Positions 9,315 to 18,801 of a DNA stretch of 34,673 nucleotides are shown piece by piece. Source of the stretch: a virus (taxonomy: Duplodnaviria > Heunggongvirae > Uroviricota > Caudoviricetes); IMG/VR virus record IMGVR_UViG_2917408641_000007. One strand, given 5' to 3'. The position numbers were made by a program, and so were the translations under genes. Position 1 is the stretch's first letter, and each line of letters begins with the position of its first letter. The notes under the pieces are model-generated. The model was not told the DNA's origin. It saw only the letters and a list, made by a program, of their open reading frames with translations, and did not search any database.

Positions 9315-10740
9315 TTTTTATGCGCCGCCCCATAGCATCGAGGCAGAGCAGGCGGTGATTGGTGGATTGCTTCTGGATGATGACAGCAGTGAGCGCGTCC
9401 AGAAAGTTCTGGCGATGCTGAAGCCTGATTCATTTTACAGCCGACCACACAAAATCATTTTCGAAGAAATAACCAGAATGCACCGGGAGCAAAAGCCAGT
9501 AGATGGCCTGACGCTTTTCGATGAACTGGAGCGTAAATCGTTAACGGCGTCTGTTGGCGGTTTTGCTTATATCGCTGAGATCGCAAAGAACACGCCAAGC
9601 GCCGCAAACATCGTTGCCTATGCAATGCAGGTTCGCGAAACCGCAATGGAACGCTACGCCATCAACCGCATGACTGAAGCGACGGAATTGCTCTATTCCC
9701 GCAACGGAATGACTGCGACGCAGAAGTACGAAGCTATTCAGGCGATTTTCACGCAACTGACAGACCATGCAAAAACCGGATCGCGTCGCGGCCTTCGCTC
9801 ATTTGGTGAGGTCATGGAAGACTGGGTTAGCGACCTTGAGAAGCGATTTGACCCGTCAGGCGAACAACGAGGAATGAGCACAGGGATCCCATCGCTGGAC
9901 AGGATGCTGTCACCGAAAGGTCTGGTGAAAGGCTCTCTGTTTGTCATTGGCGCTCGCCCTAAGATGGGGAAAACGACGCTATACAGCCAGATGGCAATCA
10001 ACTGCGCAGTGCATGAGAAAAAGCCCGCTCTGATGTTCAGCCTTGAAATGCCAGGTGACCAGATACTGGAAAAACTGGTAGGACAGAAGTCAGGTGTTAA
10101 CCCGAATATTTTTTACCTTCCGGCGACAAATGACGCTGATGACGGCTATCAGGGTGATTACGATGGTGACTTCAACAGGGCGATCGAAACAGCCAATCGC
10201 TTGAGTGAAATCGACCTGCTTTACATCGACGACACGCCGGGATTATCTCTGGCTCAAATCGTCAGCGAAAGCCGTCGAATCAAGCGAGAAAAAGGATGTG
10301 TTGGCATGATTCTGGTCGATTACCTGACACTAATGACCGCAGAGAAGGCTGATCGCAACGACCTTGCTTACGGCATGATCACCAAAGGACTGAAGAACCT
10401 TGCCAAAGAGCTTGATTGCGTTGTTGTGCTTCTGACACAGCTTAACCGCGCACTGGAAAGCCGAACCAATAAACGCCCATTACCAAGTGACTCACGAGAT
10501 ACAGGGCAGATTGAACAGGATTGCGATTATTGGGTGGGGATCCATCGTGAAGGTGCTTTTGATGACAGTGTTCCACCTGGTGAAACCGAACTAATCCTTC
10601 GTCTCAATCGTCATGGCAATACCGGCACGGTGTATTGCATTCAGGCAAATGGCGCTATTTATGACACAGACCAACAGTCTGCTGAAATGCGCCGCCGTGA
10701 ACGTGAGGAACCGCAGTCCAAGAAGAAAGGAGGATTCTGA
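9304..10740 (+). CDS. Replicative DNA helicase, DnaB family (P22 gp12-like)
   Basis: N-terminal DnaB domain (EAEQAVIGGLLLD...), Walker A GARPKMGKTT, full DnaB-like length; ATG at 9304 with GAGGGTGA RBS (track start 9289 is GTG). Confidence 0.85.
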   Translation: MTDNFYAPPHSIEAEQAVIGGLLLDDDSSERVQKVLAMLKPDSFYSRPHKIIFEEITRMHREQKPVDGLTLFDELERKSLTASVGGFAYIAEIAKNTPSAANIVAYAMQVRETAMERYAINRMTEATELLYSRNGMTATQKYEAIQAIFTQLTDHAKTGSRRGLRSFGEVMEDWVSDLEKRFDPSGEQRGMSTGIPSLDRMLSPKGLVKGSLFVIGARPKMGKTTLYSQMAINCAVHEKKPALMFSLEMPGDQILEKLVGQKSGVNPNIFYLPATNDADDGYQGDYDGDFNRAIETANRLSEIDLLYIDDTPGLSLAQIVSESRRIKREKGCVGMILVDYLTLMTAEKADRNDLAYGMITKGLKNLAKELDCVVVLLTQLNRALESRTNKRPLPSDSRDTGQIEQDCDYWVGIHREGAFDDSVPPGETELILRLNRHGNTGTVYCIQANGAIYDTDQQSAEMRRREREEPQSKKKGGF

Positions 10741-10768
10741 TGACCATCTACATCACTGAGCTAATAAC

Positions 10769-10800
10769 AGGCCTGCTGGTAATCGCAGGCCTTTTTATTT
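10769..10800 (+). terminator. Rho-independent terminator (tR2-like)
   Basis: AGGCCTGC-N8-GCAGGCCT hairpin followed by TTTTTATTT between the helicase gene and ninB. Confidence 0.65.
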
Positions 10801-10816
10801 GGGGGAGAGGGAAGTC

Positions 10817-11257
10817 ATGAAAAAACTAACCTTTGAAATTCGATCTCCTGCACATCAGCAAAACGCTATTCACGCAGTACAGCAAATCCTTCCAGACCCA
10901 ACCAAACCAATCGTAGTAACCATTCAGGAACGCAACCGCAGCTTAGACCAAAACAGGAAGCTATGGGCCTGCTTAGGTGACGTCTCTCGTCAGGTTGAAT
11001 GGCATGGTCGCTGGCTGGATGCAGAAAGCTGGAAGTGTGTGTTTACCGCAGCATTAAAGCAGCAGGATGTTGTTCCTAACCTTGCCGGGAATGGCTTTGT
11101 GGTAATAGGCCAGTCAACCAGCAGGATGCGTGTAGGCGAATTTGCGGAGCTATTAGAGCTTATACAGGCATTCGGTACAGAGCGTGGCGTTAAGTGGTCA
11201 GACGAAGCGAGACTGGCTCTGGAGTGGAAAGCGAGATGGGGAGACAGGGCTGCATGA
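10817..11257 (+). CDS. ninB: NinB (Orf-family recombination mediator)
   Basis: MKKLTFEIRSPAHQQNAIHAVQQILPDPTKPIVVTIQERNRSLDQNRKLWACLGDVSRQVEWHGRW... matches lambda NinB; internal ATG of track ORF 10799..11257. Confidence 0.85.
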   Translation: MKKLTFEIRSPAHQQNAIHAVQQILPDPTKPIVVTIQERNRSLDQNRKLWACLGDVSRQVEWHGRWLDAESWKCVFTAALKQQDVVPNLAGNGFVVIGQSTSRMRVGEFAELLELIQAFGTERGVKWSDEARLALEWKARWGDRAA

Positions 11258-12126
11258 TAAATGTCGTTAGTTTCTCCGGTGGCAGGACGTCAGCATATTT
11301 GCTCTGGCTAATGGAGCAAAAGCGACGGGCAGGTGAAGACGTGCATTACGTTTTCATGGATACAGGTTGTGAACATCCAATGACATATCGGTTTGTCAGG
11401 GAAGTTGTGAAGTTCTGGGATATACCGCTCACCGTATTGCAGGTTGATATCAACCCAGAGCTTGGGCAGCCAAATGGTTATACGGTATGGGAACCAAAGG
11501 ATATTCAGACGCGACTGCCTGTTCTGAAGCCATTTATCGATATGGTAAAGAAATATGGCACTCCATACGTCGGCGGTGCGTTCTGCACTGACAGATTAAA
11601 ACTCGTTCCCTTCACCAAATACTGTGATGACCATTTCGGGCGAGGGAATTACACCACGTGGATTGGCATCAGAGCTGATGAACCGAAGCGGCTAAAGCCA
11701 AAGCCTGGAATCAGATATCTTGCTGAACTGTCAGACTTTGAGAAGGAAGATATCCTCGCATGGTGGAAGCAACAACCATTCGATTTGCAAATACCGGAAC
11801 ATCTCGGTAACTGCATATTCTGCATTAAAAAATCAACGCAAAAAATCGGACTTGCCTGCAAAGATGAGGAGGGATTGCAGCGTGTTTTTAATGAGGTCAT
11901 CACGGGATCGCATGTGCGTGACGGACATCGGGAAACACCAAAGGAGATTATGTACCGAGGAAGAATGTCGCTGGACGGTATCGCGAAAATGTATTCAGAA
12001 AATGATTATCAAGCCCTGTATCAGGACATGGTACGAGCTAAAAGATTCGATACCGGCTCTTGTTCTGAGTCATGCGAAATATTTGGAGGGCAGCTTGATT
12101 TCGACTTCGGGAGGGAGGCTGCATGA
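11254..12126 (+). CDS. ninC: NinC (PAPS-reductase-like family)
   Basis: [25 protein letters not shown]... with SGGxxS P-loop-like motif; 290 aa as lambda NinC; start overlaps the ninB stop. Confidence 0.7.
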   Translation: MINVVSFSGGRTSAYLLWLMEQKRRAGEDVHYVFMDTGCEHPMTYRFVREVVKFWDIPLTVLQVDINPELGQPNGYTVWEPKDIQTRLPVLKPFIDMVKKYGTPYVGGAFCTDRLKLVPFTKYCDDHFGRGNYTTWIGIRADEPKRLKPKPGIRYLAELSDFEKEDILAWWKQQPFDLQIPEHLGNCIFCIKKSTQKIGLACKDEEGLQRVFNEVITGSHVRDGHRETPKEIMYRGRMSLDGIAKMYSENDYQALYQDMVRAKRFDTGSCSESCEIFGGQLDFDFGREAA

Positions 12127-12296
12127 TGCGATGTTATCGGTGCGGTGAATGCAAAGAAGATAACCGCTTCCGACCAAACCAACCTTACTGGAATCGATGG
12201 TGTCTCCGGTGTGAAAGAACACCAACAGGGGTGTTACCACTACCGCAGGAAAAGGAGGACGTGTGGCGAGACAGCGACGAAGTATCACCGACATAA
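12123..12296 (+). CDS. ninD: NinD-like small Cys-rich protein (57 aa)
   Basis: [57 protein letters not shown]; start overlaps the ninC stop; size and position as lambda ninD. Confidence 0.5.
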
Positions 12297-12439
12297 TCTG
12301 TGAAAACTGCAAATACCTTCCAACGAAACGCTCCAGAAATAAACGCAAGCCAATCCCAAAAGAATCTGACGTAAAAACCTTCAATTACACGGCTCATCTG
12401 TGGGATATCCGGTGGCTAAGACATCGTGCGAGGAAATGA
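12263..12439 (+). CDS. ninE: NinE-like small basic protein (58 aa, GTG start)
   Basis: Open frame ...[56 protein letters not shown] overlapping the ninD 3' end, as in lambda. Confidence 0.45.
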
Positions 12440-12441
12440 CA

Positions 12442-12801
12442 ATGGATTATTCACAGTTAAGTGATTTTGAAATTAACGTGGCGGTATTCGAAGCCATTCA
12501 TAACGGATCACCGGATTACAAAGAAGGTGAGAATGGCGATATGGTGTTTGTCTCATTTGAGGGAGACATTGTAAACGGAGACGCAGTTGAAGTAGAGGTT
12601 GAGCGCGGATCCTTTAACCCATGCGCAAACCCAGCAGACGCATGGCCGATTATTGAAAAATACAGGATTAGCATTATCAATCTCGATGAAGACGAGTGGG
12701 GTGCACGTGGTGTGGCCTACTGTAAATCTAAGCGAGCTATACATGAAAATCCCCTCCGCGCCGCCATGATTGTCTTTCTCATGATGCAGAGAATCCAATA
12801 A
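12442..12801 (+). CDS. Hypothetical acidic protein (about 120 aa) inserted between ninE and ninF
   Basis: Track ORF 12400..12801; ATG (MDYSQLSDFEINVAVFEAIHNGSPDYKEGENGDMVFVSFEGD...) has AGGAAA RBS; no lambda counterpart at this position. Confidence 0.5.
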   Translation: MDYSQLSDFEINVAVFEAIHNGSPDYKEGENGDMVFVSFEGDIVNGDAVEVEVERGSFNPCANPADAWPIIEKYRISIINLDEDEWGARGVAYCKSKRAIHENPLRAAMIVFLMMQRIQ

Positions 12802-12977
12802 TGCTTAGCCCATCCCAATCCCTTCAATACCAGAAAGAAAGCGTCGAGCGAGCTTTAACGTGCGCTAACTGCGGTCAGAAACTGCATGTGCTGGAAGTTC
12901 ACGTGTGCTCCGATTGCTGCGCAGAACTGATGAGCGATCCGAATAGCTCAATGTACGAGGAAGAAGACGATGAGTGA
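12801..12977 (+). CDS. ninF: NinF-like small protein (58 aa)
   Basis: [58 protein letters not shown]; Cys-rich, lambda NinF-like. Confidence 0.5.
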   Translation: MLSPSQSLQYQKESVERALTCANCGQKLHVLEVHVCSDCCAELMSDPNSSMYEEEDDE

Positions 12978-13239
12978 TTTCTCTGAGCTTATTTCCTTCA
13001 AAAAAGACAGAGAAGAAATGCGTACTGAATCTGTCTATTACGTTCAACACCGGAATAAACGCTCGGTGCTTGATCAGGAGCTGGTTATTACCGGAGACCT
13101 TGCATTCAGAACATATAAGGCCAGCATGGAAATGAAGGATTTCCCTAAATGTGGTTCTGAAAGAGAAGCCGCGTTAAAGCTGGCAGAGTGGATGCAGAGA
13201 ATGGCTGCTGCAATTGAGAATTACTGGAGCGAACCATAA
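12970..13239 (+). CDS. Hypothetical protein (89 aa) inserted between ninF and ninG
   Basis: Track ORF; ATG overlaps the ninF stop; no lambda counterpart at this position. Confidence 0.5.
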   Translation: MSDFSELISFKKDREEMRTESVYYVQHRNKRSVLDQELVITGDLAFRTYKASMEMKDFPKCGSEREAALKLAEWMQRMAAAIENYWSEP

Positions 13240-13850
13240 TGGCTAAACCAGCGCGAAGACGATGTAAAAACGAAGAATGTCGGGAATGGTTTCACCCTGC
13301 ATTCGCTAATCAGTGGTGGTGTTCTCCAGAGTGTGGAACAAAGATAGCACTCGAACGACGAAGCAAAGAACGCGAAAAAGCGGAAAAAGCAGCAGAGAAG
13401 AAACGACGACGAGAGGAGCAGAAACAGAAAGATAAACTTAAGATTCGAAAACTCGCCTTAAAGCCCCGCAGTTACTGGATTAAACAAGCCCAACAAGCCG
13501 TAAACGCCTTCATCAGAGAAAGAGACCGCGACTTACCATGTATCTCATGCGGAACGATCACGTCTGCTCAGTGGGATGCCGGACATTACCGGACAACTGC
13601 TGCGGCACCTCAACTCCGATTTGATGAACGCAATATTCACAAGCAATGCGTGGTGTGCAACCAGCACAAAAGCGGAAATCTCGTTCCGTATCGCGTCGAA
13701 CTGATTAGCCGCATCGGGCAGGAAGCAGTAGACGAAATCGAATCAAACCATAACCGCCATCGCTGGACTATCGAAGAGTGCAAGGCGATCAAGGCAGAGT
13801 ACCAACAGAAACTCAAAGACCTGCGAAATAGCAGAAGTGAGGCCGCATGA
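13239..13850 (+). CDS. ninG: NinG / Rap (recombination-associated Holliday-junction endonuclease family)
   Basis: [41 protein letters not shown]... with conserved Cys clusters and HNH-like C-terminal region; about 203 aa as lambda NinG. Confidence 0.8.
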   Translation: MAKPARRRCKNEECREWFHPAFANQWWCSPECGTKIALERRSKEREKAEKAAEKKRRREEQKQKDKLKIRKLALKPRSYWIKQAQQAVNAFIRERDRDLPCISCGTITSAQWDAGHYRTTAAAPQLRFDERNIHKQCVVCNQHKSGNLVPYRVELISRIGQEAVDEIESNHNRHRWTIEECKAIKAEYQQKLKDLRNSRSEAA

Positions 13851-14053
13851 CGTTCTCAGTAAAAACCATTCCAGACATGCTCGTTGAAGCATACGGAAAC
13901 CAGACAGAAGTAGCACGCAGACTGAAATGTAGTCGCGGCACGGTCAGAAAATACGTTGATGATAAAGACGGGAAAATGCACGCCATCGTCAACGACGTTC
14001 TTATGGTTCATCGCGGATGGAGTGAAAGAGATGCGCTATTACGAAAGAATTGA
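13847..14053 (+). CDS. ninH: NinH
   Basis: 68 aa [68 protein letters not shown]; HTH-like, lambda NinH size and position. Confidence 0.7.
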   Translation: MTFSVKTIPDMLVEAYGNQTEVARRLKCSRGTVRKYVDDKDGKMHAIVNDVLMVHRGWSERDALLRKN

Positions 14054-14696
14054 TGGCAGCAAATACCGAAATATTTGGGTAGTTGGCGATCTGCACGGAT
14101 GCTACACGAACCTGATGAAAAAACTGGAGACGATAGGATTCGACACCAAAAAAGACCTGCTTATCTCGGTTGGCGATTTGGTCGATCGCGGTACAGAGAA
14201 CGTCGAATGTCTGGAATTAATCACATTCCCCTGGTTCCGAGCTGTACGTGGAAACCATGAGCAAATGATGATTGATGGCTTATCAGAGCGTGGAAACGTC
14301 AATCACTGGCTGTTTAATGGCGGTGGCTGGTTCTTTAATCTCGATTACGACAAAGAAATTCTGGCTAAAGCTCTTGCCCATAAAGCAGATGAACTTCCGT
14401 TAATCATTGAACTGGTGAGCAAAGGTAAAAAATATGTCATCTGCCACGCCGATTATCCTTGTGACGAATACGAGTTTGGAAAGCCAGTTGATCATCAGCA
14501 GGTAATCTGGAACCGCGAACGAATCAGCAACTCACAAGACGGGATCGTAAAAGAAATCAAAGGAGCGGACACGTTCATCTTTGGTCATACGCCAGCAGTG
14601 AAACCACTCAAGTTTGCCAACCAGATGTATATAGATACCGGCGCAGTGTTCTGCGGAAACCTCACATTGATTCAGGTACAGGGAGAAGGCGCATGA
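14031..14696 (+). CDS. ninI: NinI serine/threonine protein phosphatase (calcineurin-like metallophosphatase)
   Basis: From the internal ATG of track ORF 13956..14696: [29 protein letters not shown]...GDLVDRG...GNHE metallophosphatase motifs; 221 aa. Confidence 0.8.
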   Translation: MRYYERIDGSKYRNIWVVGDLHGCYTNLMKKLETIGFDTKKDLLISVGDLVDRGTENVECLELITFPWFRAVRGNHEQMMIDGLSERGNVNHWLFNGGGWFFNLDYDKEILAKALAHKADELPLIIELVSKGKKYVICHADYPCDEYEFGKPVDHQQVIWNRERISNSQDGIVKEIKGADTFIFGHTPAVKPLKFANQMYIDTGAVFCGNLTLIQVQGEGA

Positions 14697-15316
14697 GACT
14701 CGAAAGCGTAGCTAAATTTCATTCGCCAAAAAGCCCGATGATGAGCGACTCACCACGGGCTACGGCTTCTGACTCTCTTTCCGGTACTGATGTGATGGCT
14801 GCTATGGGGATGGCGCAATCACAAGCCGGATTCGGAATGGCTGCATTCTGTGGTAAGCACGAACTCAGCCAGAACGACAAACAAAAGGCTATCAACTATC
14901 TGATGCAATTTGCACACAAGGTATCGGGGAAATACCGTGGCGTGGCAAAGCTTGAAGGAAATACTAAGGCAAAGGTACTGCAAGTGCTCGCAACATTCGC
15001 TTATGCGGATTATTGCCGTAGTGCCGCGACGCCGGGAGCAAGGTGCAGAGATTGCCACGGTACAGGCCGTGCGGTTGATATAGCAAAAACAGAGCAGTGG
15101 GGGAGAGTTGTCGAGAAAGAGTGCGGAAGATGCAAAGGCGTCGGCTATTCAAGGATGCCAGCAAGCGCAGCATATCGCGCTGTGACGATGCTAATCCCAA
15201 ACCTTACCCAACCCACCTGGTCACGCACTGTTAAGCCGCTGTATGACGCTCTGGTGGTGCAATGCCACAAGGAAGAGTCAAACGCAGACAACATTTTGAA
15301 TACGGTCACACGTTAG
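14693..15316 (+). CDS. Q: Late-gene antiterminator Q (lambda type)
   Basis: 207 aa [60 protein letters not shown]... with C-terminal Zn-finger CRDCHGTGR...CGRCKG; matches lambda Q. Confidence 0.85.
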   Translation: MRLESVAKFHSPKSPMMSDSPRATASDSLSGTDVMAAMGMAQSQAGFGMAAFCGKHELSQNDKQKAINYLMQFAHKVSGKYRGVAKLEGNTKAKVLQVLATFAYADYCRSAATPGARCRDCHGTGRAVDIAKTEQWGRVVEKECGRCKGVGYSRMPASAAYRAVTMLIPNLTQPTWSRTVKPLYDALVVQCHKEESNADNILNTVTR

Positions 15317-15358
15317 CAGCATGATTGCCACGGATGGCAACATATTAACGGCATGATA

Positions 15359-15387
15359 TTGACTTTTTGAATAAAGCTGGGTAAATT
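15359..15387 (+). promoter_or_regulatory. pR'-like late promoter (with expected overlapping qut site)
   Basis: TTGACT -35, 17-bp spacer, TAAATT -10, about 45-70 nt downstream of the Q stop, as for lambda pR'. Confidence 0.55.
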
Positions 15388-15422
15388 TGACTCAACGATG
15401 GATAAATGCACTCGTTAAATAA

Positions 15423-15458
15423 AGCCCTGAGTTAATAGCTCGGGGCTTTTTGCGTTTT
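15423..15458 (+). terminator. Promoter-proximal rho-independent terminator (tR'-like candidate)
   Basis: AGCCCTGAG-N7-CTCGGGGCT hairpin (one G-U pair) followed by TTTTTGCGTTTT about 30-60 nt downstream of the predicted pR' start. Confidence 0.45.
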
Positions 15459-15595
15459 AAGCACGACCTTTCTGAAAGCACATCAAACCAAATACCAGAC
15501 AGACAAAAATAATCACCTTATCCGCTGTTGCTACGGTGCGGTGTGCTTTGCATAAAAGAAAACCAGCTCAATGGCTGGCTTCGTGAAAGCGGGTG

Positions 15596-15630
15596 GCATG
15601 AGGTTGTTAGCGCAACCTCATGCCGTTTTG
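15596..15630 (+). terminator. Second hairpin terminator candidate upstream of the lysis genes
   Basis: Perfect 11-bp stem GCATGAGGTTG/CAACCTCATGC with 6-nt loop followed by CGTTTTG; short T tract, so strength is uncertain. Confidence 0.4.
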
Positions 15631-15751
15631 CCCGTGCATATCGGTCACGAACAAATCTGATTACTAAACACAGTAGCCTGGATTTGTTCTATCAGTAATC
15701 GACCTTATTCCTAATTAAATAGAGCAAATCCCCTCAATGAAGGGGTAGAGC

Positions 15752-15955
15752 ATGTACCGTATGGACAAAATCAGAGAATGGTTCAGTTACAGCTTCGGAG
15801 GACTGACTGCGATGGGTGGCATTCTCTCCCTGAATGACTGGGCTGTCATCATTGGTATTCTTTGTACTGTCGGCACATTTGGCATTAACTGGTACTACAA
15901 GCGCAAAGAGCGCGAGGACAGATTGAATGGCAATGTCACCGGCACTACGAAATAG
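15752..15955 (+). CDS. Small two-TMD holin (pinholin-like), dual-start motif M1-Y-R-M4
   Basis: 67 aa [67 protein letters not shown]; two hydrophobic segments, charged C-terminus, first gene after pR', followed by SAR endolysin. Confidence 0.75.
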   Translation: MYRMDKIREWFSYSFGGLTAMGGILSLNDWAVIIGILCTVGTFGINWYYKRKEREDRLNGNVTGTTK

Positions 15956-16430
15956 CGTAATAGCGGCGATAAGTGGCGGGGCTATTGCTATAGCATCTGT
16001 GTTAATCACTGGACCGAGTGGTAACGATGGTCTGGAAGGTGTCAGCTACATACCATACAAAGATATTGTTGGTGTATGGACTGTATGCCACGGACACACC
16101 GGAAAAGACATCATGCTCGGTAAAACGTATACCGAAGCAGAATGCAAAGCCCTCCTGAATAAAGACCTTGCCACGGTCTCCAGACAAATTAACCCGTACA
16201 TCAAAGTCGATATACCGGAAACAACGCGCGGCGCTCTTTACTCGTTCGTCTATAACGTGGGCACAGGCAATTTCAGAACATCGACGCTTCTTCGCAAAAT
16301 AAACCAGGGCGATATCAAGGGCGCATGTGATCAGCTACGGCGCTGGACATACGCTGGCGGTAAGCAATGGAAAGGGCTGATGACCCGTCGTGAGATTGAG
16401 CGTGAAGTCTGTTTGTGGGGGCAACAATGA
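15927..16430 (+). CDS. SAR endolysin (T4-lysozyme-like muramidase with N-terminal signal-anchor-release domain), phage 21 R-like
   Basis: N-terminal SAR segment [17 protein letters not shown] followed by [18 protein letters not shown] (E-D-T catalytic triad pattern); overlaps the holin 3' end. Confidence 0.85.
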   Translation: MAMSPALRNSVIAAISGGAIAIASVLITGPSGNDGLEGVSYIPYKDIVGVWTVCHGHTGKDIMLGKTYTEAECKALLNKDLATVSRQINPYIKVDIPETTRGALYSFVYNVGTGNFRTSTLLRKINQGDIKGACDQLRRWTYAGGKQWKGLMTRREIEREVCLWGQQ

Positions 16431-16522
16431 GCATGATTTGCTTTTTCATGGCAGCGTTGCTCGCATTGAATGGCAACGATGCGTGGCCGTGGTTTCTGGC
16501 CGTTGGGGTGTTGATGTCATGA
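16427..16522 (+). CDS. Possible small hydrophobic peptide (31 aa) between endolysin and Rz
   Basis: ATG overlaps the endolysin stop (ATGA) and its stop overlaps the Rz start (ATGA); product [31 protein letters not shown]. Speculative. Confidence 0.2.
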   Translation: MSMICFFMAALLALNGNDAWPWFLAVGVLMS

Positions 16523-16956
16523 GTCGGTTAACCGCGATTATCTCCGCTCTGGTTATCTGCATCATCGTCTGCCTGTTATGGGCTGTTAATCATTACCGTG
16601 CTAACGCCATGACCTACAAAGAGCAGCGTGATAAAGCCACGTACATCATCGCTGACATGCAGAAGCGTCAACGTGATGTAGCAGAACTCGACGCCAGATA
16701 CACAAAGGAGCTTGCTGATGCTAACGCGACTATCGAAAGTCTCCGTGCTGATGTTTCTGCTGGGCGTAAGCGCCTGCAAGTCGCCGCCACCTGTGCAAAG
16801 TCAACGACCGGAGCCAGCAGCATGGGCGATGGAGAAATCCCAAGACTTACAGCAGATGCTGAACTCAATTATTACCGTCTCCGAAGTGGAATCGACAAGA
16901 TAACCGCGCAGGTTAACTACCTGCAGGAGTACATCAGGACTCAGTGCTTAAAATAA
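16519..16956 (+). CDS. Rz: Rz i-spanin
   Basis: From internal ATG of track ORF 16390..16956: [27 protein letters not shown] (N-terminal TM) followed by coiled-coil periplasmic domain; contains embedded Rz1. Confidence 0.8.
   Translation: MSRLTAIISALVICIIVCLLWAVNHYRANAMTYKEQRDKATYIIADMQKRQRDVAELDARYTKELADANATIESLRADVSAGRKRLQVAATCAKSTTGASSMGDGEIPRLTADAELNYYRLRSGIDKITAQVNYLQEYIRTQCLK
16718..16903 (+). CDS. Rz1: Rz1 o-spanin (outer-membrane lipoprotein), embedded in Rz in the +1 frame
   Basis: [20 protein letters not shown] lipoprotein signal with lipobox then proline-rich [16 protein letters not shown]; AAGGAG RBS 8 nt upstream of ATG (track start 16712 is TTG). Confidence 0.75.
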   Translation: MLTRLSKVSVLMFLLGVSACKSPPPVQSQRPEPAAWAMEKSQDLQQMLNSIITVSEVESTR

Positions 16957-16999
16957 TTTTAACTTCACTGAAATTTAACAAGTGACTTTCAGGAAAATG

Positions 17000-17022
17000 C
17001 CTCGCAGAAGCGGGGATTTTTT
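17000..17022 (+). terminator. Rho-independent terminator after Rz/Rz1
   Basis: CCTCGC-AGAA-GCGGGG hairpin (one G-U pair) followed by ATTTTTT. Confidence 0.5.
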
Positions 17023-17169
17023 ATGTCCTCAGTAAATGCGCTTCACACGCGCGACTTATGAACACAGAGCCTTTCAGGATGACCCTTGAGGATGCCGGTT
17101 TGGTTATCGGTGCCTTTCTGTGGGCCGGAATCCTGTGTGACAAGGTTCATCACTAAAAGGTAATTACCG

Positions 17170-17712
17170 ATGAATTATCCAACTATCGTTGACGGCATTG
17201 ATTTCAAAGAACTGGTTTTTATTACCAACAATGACCCTGTCACCGATTCATTTATGGTGGCGAAAGTATTTCGTAAGCGACATGACAACGTTGTGCGTGA
17301 TGTAGAAAGAACTATCGCTGCTTGTCCTGAAGAGTTTGATACAAAACTCAATTTTGAGGTTTGCTATAAAAACAATGAGTTACAGAATGGTAAGCCACAA
17401 AAATTCTATCGGCTACGTAAGGATGGGTTGATGCTTTTGGTTATGTCCTACACCAAAAAAGAAGCAATGCGTATCAAAATTGCTTACATCAACGCATTCA
17501 ACTGGATGTACGCCATGCTTCAGGTTGGTCATCGTCAATTTGAAGAAGAGAGAAATGCCGTAATGCTGGAGTACATGAAAGAGAAGGATGTTGCCAGCAT
17601 GTCAGGTCGCCTGCTCAATCGCTGGGGAAAAATTAAGAAGCCTCAGCTACTGGCGAGAATTGAACGCCTTGAACAGCACGGGCAAACCGTAATCCCCGGA
17701 CTCACTAATTAA
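17170..17712 (+). CDS. rha: Rha-family phage regulatory protein
   Basis: N-terminus ...LVFITNNDPVTDSFMVAKVFRKRHDNVVRDVE matches the Phage_pRha family signature; 180 aa. Confidence 0.6.
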   Translation: MNYPTIVDGIDFKELVFITNNDPVTDSFMVAKVFRKRHDNVVRDVERTIAACPEEFDTKLNFEVCYKNNELQNGKPQKFYRLRKDGLMLLVMSYTKKEAMRIKIAYINAFNWMYAMLQVGHRQFEEERNAVMLEYMKEKDVASMSGRLLNRWGKIKKPQLLARIERLEQHGQTVIPGLTN

Positions 17713-17870
17713 CAGCAGTACCACGAAGCAACCCAAGCCAGTAAGTGGGGAAATAACACTGGCAGCCACTGAAAGATGAACCTCCTGCCTTATGGCAAAA
17801 AAGATTCTTTGTGGTGGCGGACTGATGGAAAGACATCCTAATCAAGCAACCACTCCACAGGGTCATAATT

Positions 17871-18251
17871 ATGAACGACCAGCAAATCGAAAAAGAAATC
17901 GTTGAGAAAGGCAAAACGGCACCGCGAATCACCCCGCAGCACATCGAAGACGTGATTAAAAGCGAGCATTACTTTACTGCTTATGATGGACGAAATGGTG
18001 CCATTTCCAGCAACGAATATTGTGGCAGGGAAAAACCAGAAGAAGGCGATCGTGATTTATCACCATTGAAGTTGCTCACTTTCTGCGTACTGGTGCTGAA
18101 GAATGGCTTCACCGTCACCGGAGAGAGTGCCTGTGCAAGCCCGGAAAACTTTGATGCAGAAATTGGTCGGAAGATTGCCCGGCAAAATGCTGTAAACAAA
18201 ATCTGGATGCTCGAAGGTTACTTGCTGAAGCAGAAGCTAAGCGAACAGTAG
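17871..18251 (+). CDS. Conserved phage protein of unknown function (126 aa)
   Basis: Track ORF between rha and the terminase genes; motif ...NGFTVTGESACASPENFDAEIGRKIARQNA... recalled from many phage proteins but family name not verifiable here. Confidence 0.45.
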   Translation: MNDQQIEKEIVEKGKTAPRITPQHIEDVIKSEHYFTAYDGRNGAISSNEYCGREKPEEGDRDLSPLKLLTFCVLVLKNGFTVTGESACASPENFDAEIGRKIARQNAVNKIWMLEGYLLKQKLSEQ

Positions 18252-18354
18252 TTATTACAAAAGCCATTCCCTACAGAGTGGCTTTGATAATGGCTTATAC
18301 CCTACACGGGATAACTTAACTGATATCCCTTTTAACGGATAAACGGAGCCAACA

Positions 18355-18597
18355 ATGGCAGAGATTATTCCCATGACTGAAGAACAGAAATTCCAGCTAG
18401 AGATTTACAAACTGGTCATGAACCAGAACGCAGCCGCAGAGGAAGCATTTCAGTTCATTGGCACTGACGAGCTGAAGCTTGAGCTATTCAAAATTCACTT
18501 CCAGTCAGGCGGTGCAAATCCAGACTTCACATCTCGCACTATCGAAGCGGTGCGTAAATCGAAGGAAGCGTTAGACCTGTTCACCACCGGAGCATGA
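18355..18597 (+). CDS. Hypothetical protein (80 aa)
   Basis: Track ORF with GGAG upstream of the ATG; co-oriented with the late operon. Confidence 0.45.
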   Translation: MAEIIPMTEEQKFQLEIYKLVMNQNAAAEEAFQFIGTDELKLELFKIHFQSGGANPDFTSRTIEAVRKSKEALDLFTTGA

Positions 18598-18598
18598 T

Positions 18599-18778
18599 GT
18601 GAGCCGAGTAATCAATTTGGGTAAGGAGAAGAAATTCCCAATTACTCAAGAGCTATACGAGCGGCTGGAAAGCGTCATCCATGATTACGATGGTGAAATC
18701 AGTTTATGCGAGGCGATTGGCACACTTGAATTGCTGAAGCAGTCATTGATTGAAGGCGCAAAAGAGTCCTCAGCCTGA
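18599..18778 (+). CDS. Hypothetical small protein (59 aa, GTG start)
   Basis: Open frame MSRVINLGKEKKFPITQELYERLESVIHDYDGEISLCEAIGTLELLKQSLIEGAKESSA with GGAG 6 nt upstream of GTG; no in-frame ATG. Confidence 0.3.
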   Translation: MSRVINLGKEKKFPITQELYERLESVIHDYDGEISLCEAIGTLELLKQSLIEGAKESSA

Positions 18779-18801
18779 AATAACAACTAAGTGAGATGAA
18801 T

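Noticed and set aside
16390-16518. Upstream extension of Rz from position 16390
   Set aside because: Track start is GTG overlapping the endolysin 3' end; Rz-type i-spanins begin with the N-terminal TM segment, which starts at the internal ATG ([14 protein letters not shown]).
17058-17156. 32-codon ORF (MNTEPFRMTLEDAGLVIGAFLWAGILCDKVHH) between the Rz terminator and rha
   Set aside because: Lies downstream of an intrinsic terminator without an evident promoter or strong RBS; a short hydrophobic stretch can arise by chance. Not called.
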